From contig NC_083282.1 of NCBI RefSeq assembly GCF_963506605.1, positions 68,758,001-68,822,000 of the forward strand: DNA of 64,000 nt, read 5' to 3'. Source of the stretch: Zootoca vivipara (lineage: Eukaryota). How positions within the stretch are numbered: position 1 is the stretch's first letter; each line of letters begins with the position of its first letter. Below, piece after piece: positions 50,587-63,687 of the stretch. Below the pieces are notes generated by a model, which did not search any database, was not told the origin of the DNA, and saw only the letters and a list, made by a program, of their open reading frames with translations. The translations under genes were made by a program, and so were the position numbers.

Positions 50587-50657
50587 TCTGGTTTAAAAAT
50601 GCTTTGGTTTAAGAACAGACTTCCGGAACAGATTAAGCTCGTTAACCAAGGTACAAC

Positions 50658-50752
50658 TAAATAAAAAAAATGTCCAGTAGCACCTTAGAGACCAACTAAG
50701 TATGTTCTGGGTATAAGCTTTTGTGTGCATGCACAAGAAAGCTTATACCCAA
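50658..50752. mobile_element. Short Penelope terminal-repeat fragment folded back into a palindrome
   Basis: Homologous to 48650-48726 (cagtagcaccttaRagaccaactaag). Ends in a 14-bp perfect inverted repeat, TGGGTATAAGCTTT (50708-50721) / AAAGCTTATACCCA (50738-50751). Confidence 0.8.
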
Positions 50753-51072
50753 TGTAGTTAGGAAGCTGTTGTAAAATTTGTAGCCTAAAATCTAAGCTGG
50801 AGAAAAATTAATTACGACTAAACAACAACAAAGCAGTGTTTGTTTTATCTTTAAGGTGAGCATTATGAGCCTCTGTGATTCATATTTCTGCTCAAGGAGC
50901 ATATGTTTTGATGGCATCACTATATATGATTATATATATGTTTCTGAACTTTTAAAAGAACAGGGTTCTAATTTGTTTATATGAATTGTGACAAGACTTC
51001 AATTAGGAAACTTGTTTTTCAGAATTGTTTTAACATTCAGTGAGATCTCTTGTGTTGTGCTTTCTCATAAAG

Positions 51073-51242
51073 GAACAATACAAATGGTCCTGAAAGCTGT
51101 GAGTCTCCTGGGTCTAGTGACAGCAGAGCATCTAATGGCAATGATTCTCCATTAATTGCAAATGGAGGTTGTAAGCCTGCTAGACCGCCTAGACCATCTC
51201 GGCCACCTCCACCTACTCCACGTAGACCCTCTCCTACATCTG
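51073..51242 (+). CDS. ITCH: ITCH proline-rich-region exon (...NGGCKPARPPRPSRPPPPTPRRPSPTS)
   Basis: ataaag| ... |gtatgt; 170 nt; the ITCH-specific SH3-binding sequence RPPRPSRPPPPTPRRP. Confidence 0.95.
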
Positions 51243-52073
51243 GTATGTCTGCAAGAGAAAAGTATCACTTTAAAGCTCTTGATTGCAGTGTTTGTTTGAA
51301 TTAAGTTTGTTCAATGTATTCTGCCCACTGCACTCTTGTATTAAAGCTGTGTCTAATATAATAGAAGATAATGCCACATGGTTCAGTTTTTATAGTTCCT
51401 TTTTAGAACATTCCCCCTCCAAAAAAAGTGTGGCTTAATTCATAATAGGCATGCTTTAGCATTTGTGAAGCCAGATATATTTCTGTCTGACCTTCAGCAA
51501 AGCATTCTTAAACTGTTGAAAGGAAAAGCTATACAGCTCAGAAGTGCATCATATGGTAATTCTGAGAACACACATTGTCCCATAGTTAAATTATGGAAGT
51601 TTTCTTCATACAAAATACTGAAGTAGCTTTATGTGACGCCTACTGAAGTTGCATTCTGGAATTTTATTTTCAAGGACTTCAAGCTTTCTGTGGTCAAGAG
51701 AAAGAGGCTACTGCTGCAAAAAGAATCTCTTTCATAGTGTTCTCTTAATCAGAGTACAGATTTCCTGTAAATGAAATTGAACAATGAGCCAAACTAAAAA
51801 TCAAGAAGGCCTTTCCATTTAGGGTTGAACTGAGTTCTCATAGGTTTGTGGAAATGTTGTTGAAAGGGTTTCTGCCATTGACTACTTTTACTTAGAAGTC
51901 TGGGAACTTAATAACTGCCGTGCAGCAAGTAGTTACTTGAGGGCTTATCTGCTCTTGCTTTGCTGTACTGCTGTCTTGAGTCCATTTCAGGAGGAAAGGT
52001 GGAGTATAAATAAATATACAAATACTGGAATTAAAATAAACACAAATATTTTTCTTGCCTGTGTTCTTTGCAG

Positions 52074-52296
52074 CATGTGTCAATGGTACTTCCTCAACAG
52101 AATCAGAAGGGGCTAGTGCAGGATTGGTGCCAACTACAAGTTCAGCATCGGAACAAAACTCAGAAGGAGCAACAGCAGGAACGGGTGCTCCTGCAGTACC
52201 TGCTTTGGCCACCCCACCTATATCCAGACAAGTTCAGCCAGTAACTCCAGCTTCACAGCCACATCACACAGTTAGTCAAGGTCCTCTTCCACCTGG
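52074..52296 (+). CDS. ITCH: ITCH linker exon up to WW1 (ACVNGTSSTESEG...QGPLPPG)
   Basis: tttgcag| ... |gtaaga; 223 nt, in phase; ends in PLPPG. Confidence 0.93.
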
Positions 52297-54129
52297 GTAA
52301 GAGTTTGATGCTCATAGGTTTTATGTTATACACATGTCTCTAACACAAAATTGCCAGCAAGATACAATTTTCCTTAGTCTCATCCATTTGATTTCTAAAA
52401 GCACCAAAATATACTATGCTTTACACAGTATATTGCATTTGGAGGGTGGAACTAAAAAAAAAGCCACAAAAGAGTTGAAGTAAAATCTATGTAATAATTT
52501 GAAAAAATAGAACACCAACACCAACAAGTGCTTGAGACAAGGTATGAGTTTTTAATTATTTAAAACTGAGAGGTCAGCTAAATATTAAAGTGAAAGATAC
52601 CATGAATTAACTGAGTTGAGAGAAATCACAGAGATGAGAAACAGCACAAAGAGTGGAACTTTTTGTTCTAATTTTCATGAATTCACTCACTGCAGCTCCT
52701 TGTGCCATACACCTTTGCATTCTGTAGAGTCTGCAGACCACCAGGAATATCTTTTCAGGAAGGAAGAGGCAGGGAAGCCCTATTCCTGCAAGTAGAACTC
52801 TTCACAGTTCTTGAAATCCAAGCTAATACAGAGAGACAATCAACAGACTTTATCTAGAGCAGTAATATGAGCTGAGAAAGGCAAGTATCAAAGATAATGA
52901 TCATACTTTTCAGTCTTCTCAGCAATTTTGTTGCTTGAAGAAGTGAGTAAAGGCAAAAATGAATATTAGAGCATGAGATCCTTTTGTCTGTCTCCCTATC
53001 TAAGAACTACTAAGTTCAGCACTTGGCTTATGGAAAAAGACACATTTGTTTATATTGTGGCAGACTACCTCACAATACAGTGGTAAAAGGTAATTGGAAT
53101 GAGCACATAATTCCATGATAAATGACACACCCCAATAATAAGTTTTAGAAGCCTTTCCCCCCCATCATGTCCATTCCCTGCAAAAAAACCCTATTGTATG
53201 TGCCCAAATACGATGATGATCAGAATTTCAAAACTTCCATAGCTAAATACCAATACAAGAAAGCCAGTATGTTTATAAATACAGTTGAATTGCTGCAGTT
53301 TGAATATGCATAGTGAGAAATGGGTACAATTCTATGTGTGCAATATATGTGGTAGCATGTAGCCACAGTGGGCTAATGTGGCTGTAGCTGCTTAGTGAGT
53401 TTGGAATCTAAATGTCCTGAAATTTTTGATTTTAAGTCAGTGTGATATGGTACAGGATGGAGCTGAATATGTTTTCATGGAGTACGTTTTAAAGAAGCTC
53501 TGTGATTCACTAAATTTCTAAAGCAAGAGTACATTTTCAAAATCTCCAATAATGTTAGTCATGCCATAGCAGTTGCAAACTATGCACTCTTCCTGAAAAA
53601 TAGAAGTTTTGCCTTTCTGGATTAGATCAAGATTCATTCATTCAGTGTGCTTTCTTCCACAATGGCTAGCTAGATATCCATAGGAAGTCTGTAATAAACA
53701 GGCACTGAGAAAAGAACTACTGATCCACTGGTGGATTGTGGTCTGCCCTTCATCCAAACCTTGTGAGAAGAGTAGTGTCAGACTTCAACCACAGGGGTGG
53801 GGTTCAGATCCTAACTTGTTGACTTTGGAGCAGACTTCTGTCAGCCTAACATACTTTACAAGATTCATATAAGATCACAACAGATAATTCCCATATATGG
53901 TACTCTGCAACTGTGAGAAAGTAGGGGAACACTACAAAGATGACCAATAAATCATATTCCTATAAAATGTGTACAATGGAAGGAATCATAGAATGTCCCT
54001 CAAGAGTTTTATGGTACTAGTGTCATAAATAAATATGTAAAATTAAACTTGGGTATTTGTCTTGTATAGAAACAAATGTGTTTGAAAATGTCATTTTATT
54101 AATTGTCACAATGAAGATTTAGTCCTATA

Positions 54130-54284
54130 CAGTAAGCCTGCAACTTACATGCATGGCAAAATAAAAATTAAAAGGAACGGGAAGGGGGTGGGGTTCAAGG
54201 AAAAATGACTTTGGCATTTTGACTATATGTGATTTTAGATGCAATCTCTGGAACGTAACCCCCGCATAACTGGCAGGCTTACTG
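54130..54284. mobile_element. Short Tigger-type MITE
   Basis: TA|CAGTAAGCCTGCAACTTA ... TAACTGGCAGGCTTACTG|TA. Confidence 0.75.
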
Positions 54285-54348
54285 TATACAAAACAGATCA
54301 GGGGACCATTTGGAAATAAGAACTATGAGAAAGCAACAAGGTGAATAG

Positions 54349-54486
<138 letters not shown>

Positions 54487-55132
54487 TGAGTCATTTGGTG
54501 ATCTGTCAAACTGTACTTGATAACATGCTTGTAGCTTGCCATCTTCATGTCCAGCTTAGGTCCAGTTAAAATATTGCACTGCTGGATAGCTAAGTCAAGG
54601 TTTTGTGAAAAGAAAATGGGTCTAATTTGCACTTTATTCTATGTATGTAGAATCTTAAGACTGGCTGTAGAAATGTCAGTTATATTAGGCCATGGGAGGC
54701 CAACGGTGGCACAAACCGCCAAAATCTGTGGCATTCCTTGACAGGAACTGAAGTGCCTCTAGGCATGGAAATTGTATATTTAAGCCTGGTATGCTGCTCA
54801 CTGTTTCAGTAGAGGAGAATCAAAACCAGCCAAAGAAATCAGATGTGTTTGGGGTCTGCATCATATGAAAGTGGTATTTTCTCATCCTTTGGACTTGTAG
54901 CACACTTTAAAGGTTTCAAATAAAATGATGGACCGATAAATCGATATTGCTACCTCAAATTAGGAAGTTCAGAGCAAAGTGCAGAACCTTTAATCAAATG
55001 ATAAACCCCTTGGAATTGAGTAATAAGGTGACATAAAGCAAAACTGAGGAATTATTGTGCTGACCCGCTTTGTCCTATTATGTTCAACAAGAGCTCCTGT
55101 ATTCTATTCTGTCAGACTGTAGCCTACTGTGA

Positions 55133-55387
<255 letters not shown>

Positions 55388-56214
55388 TAACATCAGCTAA
55401 TGCAGATTAACTCAACAGCACTTGCTCTATCCTCAGCCTAAAATTCCTAATAAGTAATCACTAATATTTCACAAACAGCAAAAAATAGAGTAAAATCTAA
55501 ATAAAACAGGGTTGATTGCTAGACATGAAAGTTATTCAGTTTCCTCCAAACATTTCAATGGAAATTTCTTTAGTATACAAAGTACAAGTATAACCTGTTT
55601 ATCAGATTCAGTTGTAGTTTAAATTGATCTCAGAGGGTTACGAATCAAATATATTTTGCCTATGGCTTCTTACTTTGCCATTTGCAAGCAAACTTTGTCA
55701 TGTTAATTCAAGCAGCTGTAGGCAAGCGCAGAGTTACTGGCAAGTTTTGTTCAAGGCATAGTGAGAGCAAATTTTGATTGAACTTCACAGGATGCTATCC
55801 TTGGAAACCATATTATCAGGTCTCTGGCTTGGCATTTTTATTTTCTTCAGAATTGGACGAAAGTAGGTTGCCTCTACTGAGGAGCGGAAGTCTGTTAGAT
55901 CATCCACCAGAAAGGTGGATGCAGTGGTTCTCCCATAAGGACAGACATATTACCATTTTGGGATGGTAAAATCCTATTCCTTTCCTAGTTTTTGTGGGCA
56001 TTTGTTTGGAAAAGTGAGAGAGGTGCTGATGGGTAAGAAACTTTCCACAGTTAAAACAAATCGGTCCAGGATCTTGTTAGGTGATTTTACCTTCATTACA
56101 AAAAGGTGGAAAGGTCTTTTAAAAAATGAAAGAGTTGTAAGTATAATGTATATGATTTATCCAAGCTTAGATTTTTCAGTCAGTAGTTTATAGTATGCGT
56201 TCTTGTGATTGCAG

Positions 56215-56275
56215 AATCAAGACTTCACACAGAACAAAGAATTTGATCCTCTTGGTCCCCTGCCACATGGATGGG
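56215..56275 (+). CDS. ITCH: ITCH exon before WW3 (NQDFTQNKEFDPLGPLPHGW)
   Basis: ttgcag| ... |gtaagg; 61 nt; motif KEFDPLGPLP. Confidence 0.95.
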
Positions 56276-56666
56276 GTAAGGTCTTTAAAAGTTCTGGTTC
56301 TCAACATCACTGATATAGTGGTCCAAGCCAACACTGAGTCTAGCTATTCCTCTGCCATCATGAGGGTTTATTATTATTATTATTGCACTCTGGTGACTCC
56401 AGAAACCTGATAAAAGTAGTAGATTTTACTCAGGGATCACAATAATGTCGCTTCAAATTCAGAACTCTCCGGCCAGCCAGACTGCAAATCTCTGTAGGTG
56501 TTGGGCAGTCTTTGTAGATAAATTGTGTTCATATCCCAAGAGAAATAGTGTAATATGTAGCACAGCTCATCTGAGAAGCACAAAGACCCATTGGTTGGCA
56601 TCCATCTGTTTCAGGAGACAATGAAAGAGTGCCTTCAGGAGTGAAGACCTATGTTTCATACATATT

Positions 56667-59007
56667 ATCATAGAATCATAGAGTTGGAAGAGACCACGAG
56701 GGCCATCCAGTCCAACCCCCTGCCAAGCAGGAAACACCATCAAAGCATTCTTGACATATGCCTGTCAAGCCTCTGCTTAAAGACCTCCAAAGAAGGAGAC
56801 TCCACCACACTTCTTGGCAGCAAATTCCACTGTCGAACAGCTTTTACTGTCAGGAAGTTCTTCCTAATGTTTAGGTGGAATCTTCTTTCTTGTAGTTTGA
56901 ATCCATTGCTCTGTGTCCGCTTCTCTGGAGCAGCAGAAAACAACCTTTCTCCCTCCTCTATATGACATCCTTTTATATATTTGAACATGGCTATCATATC
57001 ACCCCTTAACCTTCTCTTCTCCGGGCTAAACATACCCAGCTCCCTAAGCCGTTCCTCATAAGGCATCGTTTCCAGGCCTTTGACCATTTTGGTTGCCCTC
57101 CTCTGGACACGTTCCAGTTTGTCAGTATCCTTCTTGAACTGTGGTGCCCAGAACTGGACACAGTACTCCAGGTGAGGTCTGACCAGAGCAGAATACAGTG
57201 GTACTATTACTTCCCTTGATCTAGACACTATACTCCTATTGATACAGCCCAGAATTGCATTGGCTTTTTTAGCTGCTGCATCACACTGTTGACTCATGTC
57301 AAGTTTGTGGTCTACCAGGACTCCTAGATCCTTTTCACATGTACTGCTCTCAAGCCAGGTGTCTCCCATCCTGTATTTGTGCCTTTCATTTTTTTTGCCC
57401 AAGTGTAGTATTGTACTTTACATTTCTCCTTGTTAAAATTCATCTTGTTTGCTTTGGCCCAGTTGTCTAATCTGTTAAGGTCATTCTGAAGTGTGATTCT
57501 GTCCTCTGGGGTATTAGCCACCCCTTCCAATTTGGTGTCATCTGCAAACTTGCTCAGGATGCCCTCCAAGTCATTGATAAAGATGTTGAATAAGACTGGG
57601 CTCAAGACAGAACCCTGTGGCACCCCACTAGTCACTACTCTCTGGGATGAAGAGGAGCCATTGATGAGCACCCTTTGGGTTCCGTCAGTCAGCCAGCCAG
57701 TTACAAATCCACTGAATGGTAGCATTGTCTAGCCCGCATTTTACCAGATTCTTTACAAAAATATCATGGGGCACCTTGTCAAAGGCCTTGCTGAAATCAA
57801 GATAGGCTACATCCACAACATTCCCTTCATCTACCAGGCTTGTAATTCTGTCAAAAAATGAGATCAGATTAGTCTGACATGACTTATTTTTCAGAAACCC
57901 ATGCTGACTTTTAGTGATCACAGCGTTTCTTTCTAGGTGCTCTGCCAGTTCTTTTAATACTCTTGGATGTAGTTCATCTGGCCCTGGAGACTTGAATACA
58001 TCTAAATTAGCCAAGTATTCTTGTATTACCTCCTTACTTATTCTGGGCTGTGTTTCCCCTGCTGAATCTTCTGCTCCATATTCTTCAGGTCGGGCATTGT
58101 TTTCTTTTTTGGAGAAGACTGAGGCAAAGAAGGCATTGAGGAGTTCTGCCCTTTCTCTGTCCCCTGTTCGCATTTCACCATCTTCTCCCCTAAGTGACCC
58201 CACTGTTTCCTTGTTCTTCCTTTTGCTACGGACATACCCATAAAAGCCCTTTTTGTTGCTTTTAACCTCCCTAGCAAGCCTGAGTTCATTCTGTGCTTTA
58301 GCTTTTCTGACTTTGTCTCTACACGTGCTGGCTCTTTGTTTGAATTCCTCTCTGGTGATTTCCCCCTTTTTCCATTTTTGGTACATATCCGTTTTAAATC
58401 TTAACTCAGTTAAAAGTTCTTTAGATAACCACCCTGGCTTCTTTAGGCACCTTCCATGTTTCTGTCTCATTGGTATTGCCTGAAGTTGTGCTTTTAATAT
58501 CTCCCTTTTTACAAACTCCCAACCATCATGAACTCCCTTCCCTTTTAGTATTACTGTCCATGGGATTTCACCCAGCGTTTCTCTAAGTTTTCTGAAGTTG
58601 GCTTTCTTAAAGTCTAGGATTTGAGTCTTAGTATGCTTGGTTGCTCCTTTCCGCTGTATAATAAATTCCAGAAGAGCATGGTCACTCCCACCTAATGATC
58701 CTGCCACTTCTACCCCACTAACCAGGTCATCACTACTGGTTAGGACCAGATCTAAAATGGCTGACCCTCTTGTTGCTTCTCCCACTTTCTGGACAATGAA
58801 ATTGTCTGCAAGGCCAGTGAGGAATCTGTTCGACCTTATGCTCTTGGCTGAGTTTGACATCCAACAAATATCAGGATAGTTGAAATCCCCCATTACTACT
58901 ATCTCACTTCCTTTTGAATGCTTGGCCATCAGTTCCAGGAAGGCATCATCTGTGTCCTCAGTTTGGCTTGGGGATCTATAGTAAACTCCCACAATGAGAT
59001 CACTGTT
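56667..59007 (-). mobile_element. CR1 LINE, 5'-truncated ORF2 with internal deletion and frameshifts
   Basis: APE motifs GVYYRSP, VMGDFNYP, LDLVL and GSDH; RT motifs [18 protein letters not shown] and KFADD; CR1 C-terminus [13 protein letters not shown]; 3' tail (ATTCTATG)n. Confidence 0.96.
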
Positions 59008-59648
59008 TTATAGTCTCTTGTCACTGAGTTGGTATACAAGTCTAGGGACCTCTATTAGTTTAGTAGCAGAATCATAAGTAATGGTGTTTCATCTAGGACA
59101 GGAATCTAAGCCCTACTCTCACAACCAATCATGTGTACTGCTATCTCACGTTCTATTGACTTGTGCAAGGTTTTCCCTGAAGTTGATGTTCTTGACTTGG
59201 ATGTAAAGTGCTGTGCCACTGAGGTTTCATGAACTAGGAAGTTAAGATGATGGAACACAATGTATTCATTAGTTGGGTGATATGTTCAAACAGCTGGTAT
59301 GAAATGCTAAGTTTTCAGACTGGGCATTGGGGCACATTTCAAGTCGAAGGGAGGAGCAGAACTGCCAAACACATGGTGTTCTATCTAAAGAAGTTCTTGC
59401 ACAAGGTGAACTTCCTTTCCCCTCCTGCCCTCTGCTTCCCCTTGTGTCCCTACAGAAAAATCATGTTTAGGCAGGCTTCCTCTGCCAGATTTCCTGTTCC
59501 CACTGTTCTACATCCCAAGTCTTTCATGAGGGTCCCCAACCCTTAAGAGGTTTTTTGTTGGCAGAGAGTCCTGCGGAGGGGAGAAAGAAGTGAGATATTC
59601 TCCATAGGTCCTGGCATATATATTTCACTGCCATTATCTTAACATTAA

Positions 59649-59783
<135 letters not shown>

Positions 59784-60339
59784 TAAGTTTTTTCACTTCT
59801 CTTACTAGTCTTCAAAACATAATCCAAAATCAAGCAAACATAGGCAACATTTGGATTTACTACTATTTCTAAACTTTCCTTTTTTTAAATAAACTTTATT
59901 TCATTCCTTTAAAAAAGTTTACATGGTCAAAAAGAAAAGAAAGAGAGAGAGAGAGAGAGAAAACCTATTTCTAAACTCTCCTTCATCCCAGAGAGATTCC
60001 CCAGCAAATAATAAATGCATAGCTCAAGATATATTAAAACCAAAACCCATATATATTCTGATTAACAATCATGATGAACAAAATCATTCTTTGCTCATCT
60101 CCCCCAAAGAGCCTGATGGACAAAACTGTTTCTACCTTACTACAACAAGCTGTTATTGAGGGGGACAACTGTATTACTAATGGGAGGGTGTTCCAAAATG
60201 AAGGTGCCATAGCAGAGAAGGCCATATCCCAGGTCCCTGCATAATGTACCACAGGCATAGGTGGGATCATGAATAGGACCTGCTCTGCAGATTTTAAGTC
60301 TAAGAGTGAGATATATTGGCAAACGTTCTTCTTCAAGTG

Positions 60340-60573
60340 CCGTGTTTCTCCGAAAATAAGACACCGTCTTATATTTATTTTTCCTCAAAAAAACACACTA
60401 TGGCTTATTTTAAGGGGATGTCTTATTTTTTCCTCCTCCTCCTGCTATGGCCGGCATTGCTGCTGTGCCTATCACTATGTCTTATTTTCGGGGTATAGCT
60501 TATATCCCTTGAATGCTTAAAAATCCTGCTATGGCTTATTTTATGACTACATCTTAAAATAGGAGAAACAGGG
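60340..60573. mobile_element. TA-targeting MITE (same family as 38358-38592), inserted in an L2
   Basis: Highly similar to 38358-38592 along its length. Confidence 0.8.
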
Positions 60574-60582
60574 TACATGGGG

Positions 60583-60932
60583 CATACCTGCCAAGTTGCT
60601 GTCGGAGAAATAAGGGACCGGGCGGAAGTAGCAGACCAGAAGTAGCGCTGCCGCCATTTTGGAACTGGGCGGAGCATGCTCAGAAGTGACTTTTGATGCT
60701 GCTTTGCCCAGTTCCAAAATGGCCACCGCGCCAGAAGTCGCACTGCAGCCATTTTGGAACTGGGCAGAGCAGCATCAAAAGTCGCTTCTGAGCATGCTCC
60801 ACCCAGTTCCAAAATGGCCGTCGCGCCAGAATAAACCGAGAAAAAACAAAAAAATCCGTTTTTTCAGCTAGGCTAGGAACAGCTGGAAAAATGGGGATTT
60901 TCCAAGGGAATACGGGGGACTTGGCAGCTATG
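60583..60932. mobile_element. hAT MITE with nested palindromes
   Basis: TIRs CATACCTGCCAAGT / ACTTGGCAGCTATG; 7/8 TSD ACATGGGG/ACTTGGGG. Confidence 0.8.
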
Positions 60933-63525
60933 ACTTGGGGCCCAGGCTAAATAGTGTTTGATATACCAGAATCAAAAACTTAAGTTGGACCCATCAGCAA
61001 ATAGTCAGCCAGTGCAGTTCTTAAGATTTGTTGAGATATGGACCCACCTTGCAGTGCTACTCAGCTGATGGCTCCATTGTTACTAGCTCCAGCTTCTAGA
61101 CCATCTTCAAGGACAGCCTCATTTAGAACTCATTGCAGTAGTGCTAAATGGGAGGTTAACCTAGCCATAGTGGTCCATACTGTGGTATCTTGGTTCAGGA
61201 AGGACTATAGCTGTTGAACCAGCCCTAGCTGGAAATAGGCACTTCTTGTCCCTGGAGCCACCTGAGCTTCCAGTTGAAAGTGTTGGTTCCAGCAGCACCC
61301 CCAGGCTACACACCTTGTCCTTCAGAAAGAGTGTGTTCCCAACTAACACAGGTCGCCTCAATTCCTGAATATAAGAACTACCAGCACTTGCATCATGTCC
61401 AGATTTAATCTAAGTTTGGAAGTCCACACCCAACCCATTATCACCTCCAGACACTAGTAAAGTGGTATGGAGAGAGCGAGAGCTGGATATTATCTGCATA
61501 CTAGGTATGCTGTTCTCCAAATCTCCAGATGACACTTCCTAGCAGCTTTACATAGATGTTAAAAAGTGTGGGGTACAGAATGGAACCCCACAGGACCCCA
61601 CAGCACAAATGCCAAAAGACAAAGCAGCAATCTGCCCTTGCTGCTATTCTGGTGGTGGTCCTGCAGATAGGAGCAGTGCCTCCAACTCACAGAACCACTC
61701 CAGAAGAACCATGCACTCCCTATGTTTCTTTCTCCATACAGGTTATCAGTCAGAGTTGCTGGGGCTGTTTCAGTGGCCAAACCAGTCTCGAAGCTAGGTT
61801 GAAATGGATCTAAACTGAAATAAGGCTAGATTTTAGACTACTAAAGCATGTTGCTTATCAATAGTGTATTCCATGAAATTACGTCACCATAGGTCCTAAG
61901 AGCCATTTTCATAACTCACAATGTCTGGACAGTTTTATCCTAAAGTATTTCCTACTATGTTCCATTAACTATGTTGTGTTCTGATCCATGTATATGATCC
62001 ACTTTTTCTATGCCAATAAAGGAGATTGATTGATTTTTTTTTTTAAAAAGTGTATTGAGAACATAAGGGGAAAGTAGCAGATATGAGGAAGTGGTTTCTT
62101 AAGAGGAATATTTCTTGTTGAAACAAAACGTAAGAAAATTATTACTAGAAGAACCAAAAAGGAAATTCTCATATTTGCATCCAACACACAATAAAAACAT
62201 TTCTTGTACTCAATATTATTTATTTTATTTAATATCCTGTTGTTTATTTCATATCCAGTCTTAGTGAGTGGGTGGGTAAAAGAATGTATTGCATCTAGTG
62301 CATTGTTACAAATTACTTGCTGGCAACTCAGCATATTATACAACTTTTGACTCATTTTGCCATTCTTTTATTGGCTAACCTAATAACATGATCAAAGGCG
62401 GAGATCTCAAAGGTCATGTGTTGTCATCTGCCTGGATGCAGGTGTTCTTAGCACCGCCTTTCTGATGCACAAAGAACCCTCTGAAGCTGCATTCCCAAAG
62501 GCACAGGTGCTCATTGCTCCAATAGAAAGTCAGAAATCCGCCTTGCACACATGGAAGAACTTTGCCTCCTTGGATCTCAGCCAAAGTCTTACAGAGACTT
62601 GTTTTCAATAAGCATTCTTCTCCTGTTCCTTATTTCATATCTTGCTAGAATTTTTCGAAAAAGGAGGAATGGAAAAATAGCTTAATATTTAAAAGGCATG
62701 GTACTGTAGATACTCTCTAGAAGATCCTATCTCTGAGAAGGATTAGAAAGTAATACATATTTGAGGCCTTAAAAACAGGCATTGTGCTAAATAATCTTCA
62801 GGTGTATCCCAGACCTGCACTTCTGTAATCCTGTGAGGATTTCTCCCCAAACACTTAAACACTCTGAATACACTGGAAAATGACCTGTTTATACACCTCT
62901 TACATGTAATAATCCCTGTTCTACATTTAGATAACATTAGCAGAGAGGTGAAATGAAGGATACACCCCCATGAAGCTCTCTGAGTTCTTTTGTGACCAAC
63001 AGATAACTAAGGCAGGATCTAGACACATTTAAAAAAAGTTACAGGAAAACATGTTATAAAGCTCATAATGGAAAATCACATTGGCGAAAGATCAAACTCT
63101 ACTGTGCCATCTGGTGTTTATAAAGCAGTTATAACGATATAATTGACATGAGTATAGCTGAGTCCTAGGTAACAAACAGACAGGGTGTAACCCACACATC
63201 AACCTACATTCTGTGAGCAGGATATAAAGTATTTTTGAGTCTTCTCGTACTAGGCTGTCTGGTGTAATGCTTAGTTTTTCTTCCCTATTCTGATTCCGTG
63301 TGATTAATTGTAAGAACACATGCTCCCTTTTGAGATGAGGGTAGGCATTTAACTTCTTGACAAACGGTTTTCCATTTTGGATTTGTGGTGTTAGCTGTGG
63401 ATTCCTTAGAGCTCAGTATAACTAAGAGTTCGATTTACTATCTTGGGTCTAATAAAGCTAAATGAAATACCTGGAATAAAAATGGAACAGTACCTTTTAC
63501 TATGTGTGAAAAATATGTATAATGA

Positions 63526-63687
<162 letters not shown>

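Larger units (their letters stand above)
48653..50588 (-). mobile_element. Penelope-like retroelement (RT + GIY-YIG endonuclease), 5'-truncated, antisense in an ITCH intron
   Basis: 12-bp TSD TGGTTTAAAAAT at 48641-48652 and 50589-50600; long uninterrupted ORF; 3' terminal region carries a hammerhead motif. Confidence 0.95.
48460..50754. mobile_element. Tigger/pogo-type MITE split by the two Penelope insertions
   Basis: TA|CAGTGGGACCTTGGTTTAAGAAC at the left end; TTAACCAAGGTACAAC[insert]TG|TA at the right end. Confidence 0.65.
60075..61810 (-). mobile_element. Decayed L2 LINE interrupted by two MITEs
   Basis: Minus-frame remnants AFSAMAPSFWNTLP, LKDKVCSLGVLL, xTETA, and GSILSP-like RT motifs. 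Confidence 0.65.

Noticed and set aside
48653-50752. Treating the two Penelope terminal sequences as paired LTRs of one element
   Set aside because: The second copy lies outside the TSD, is separated by host MITE sequence and differs in sequence. It is an independent insertion.
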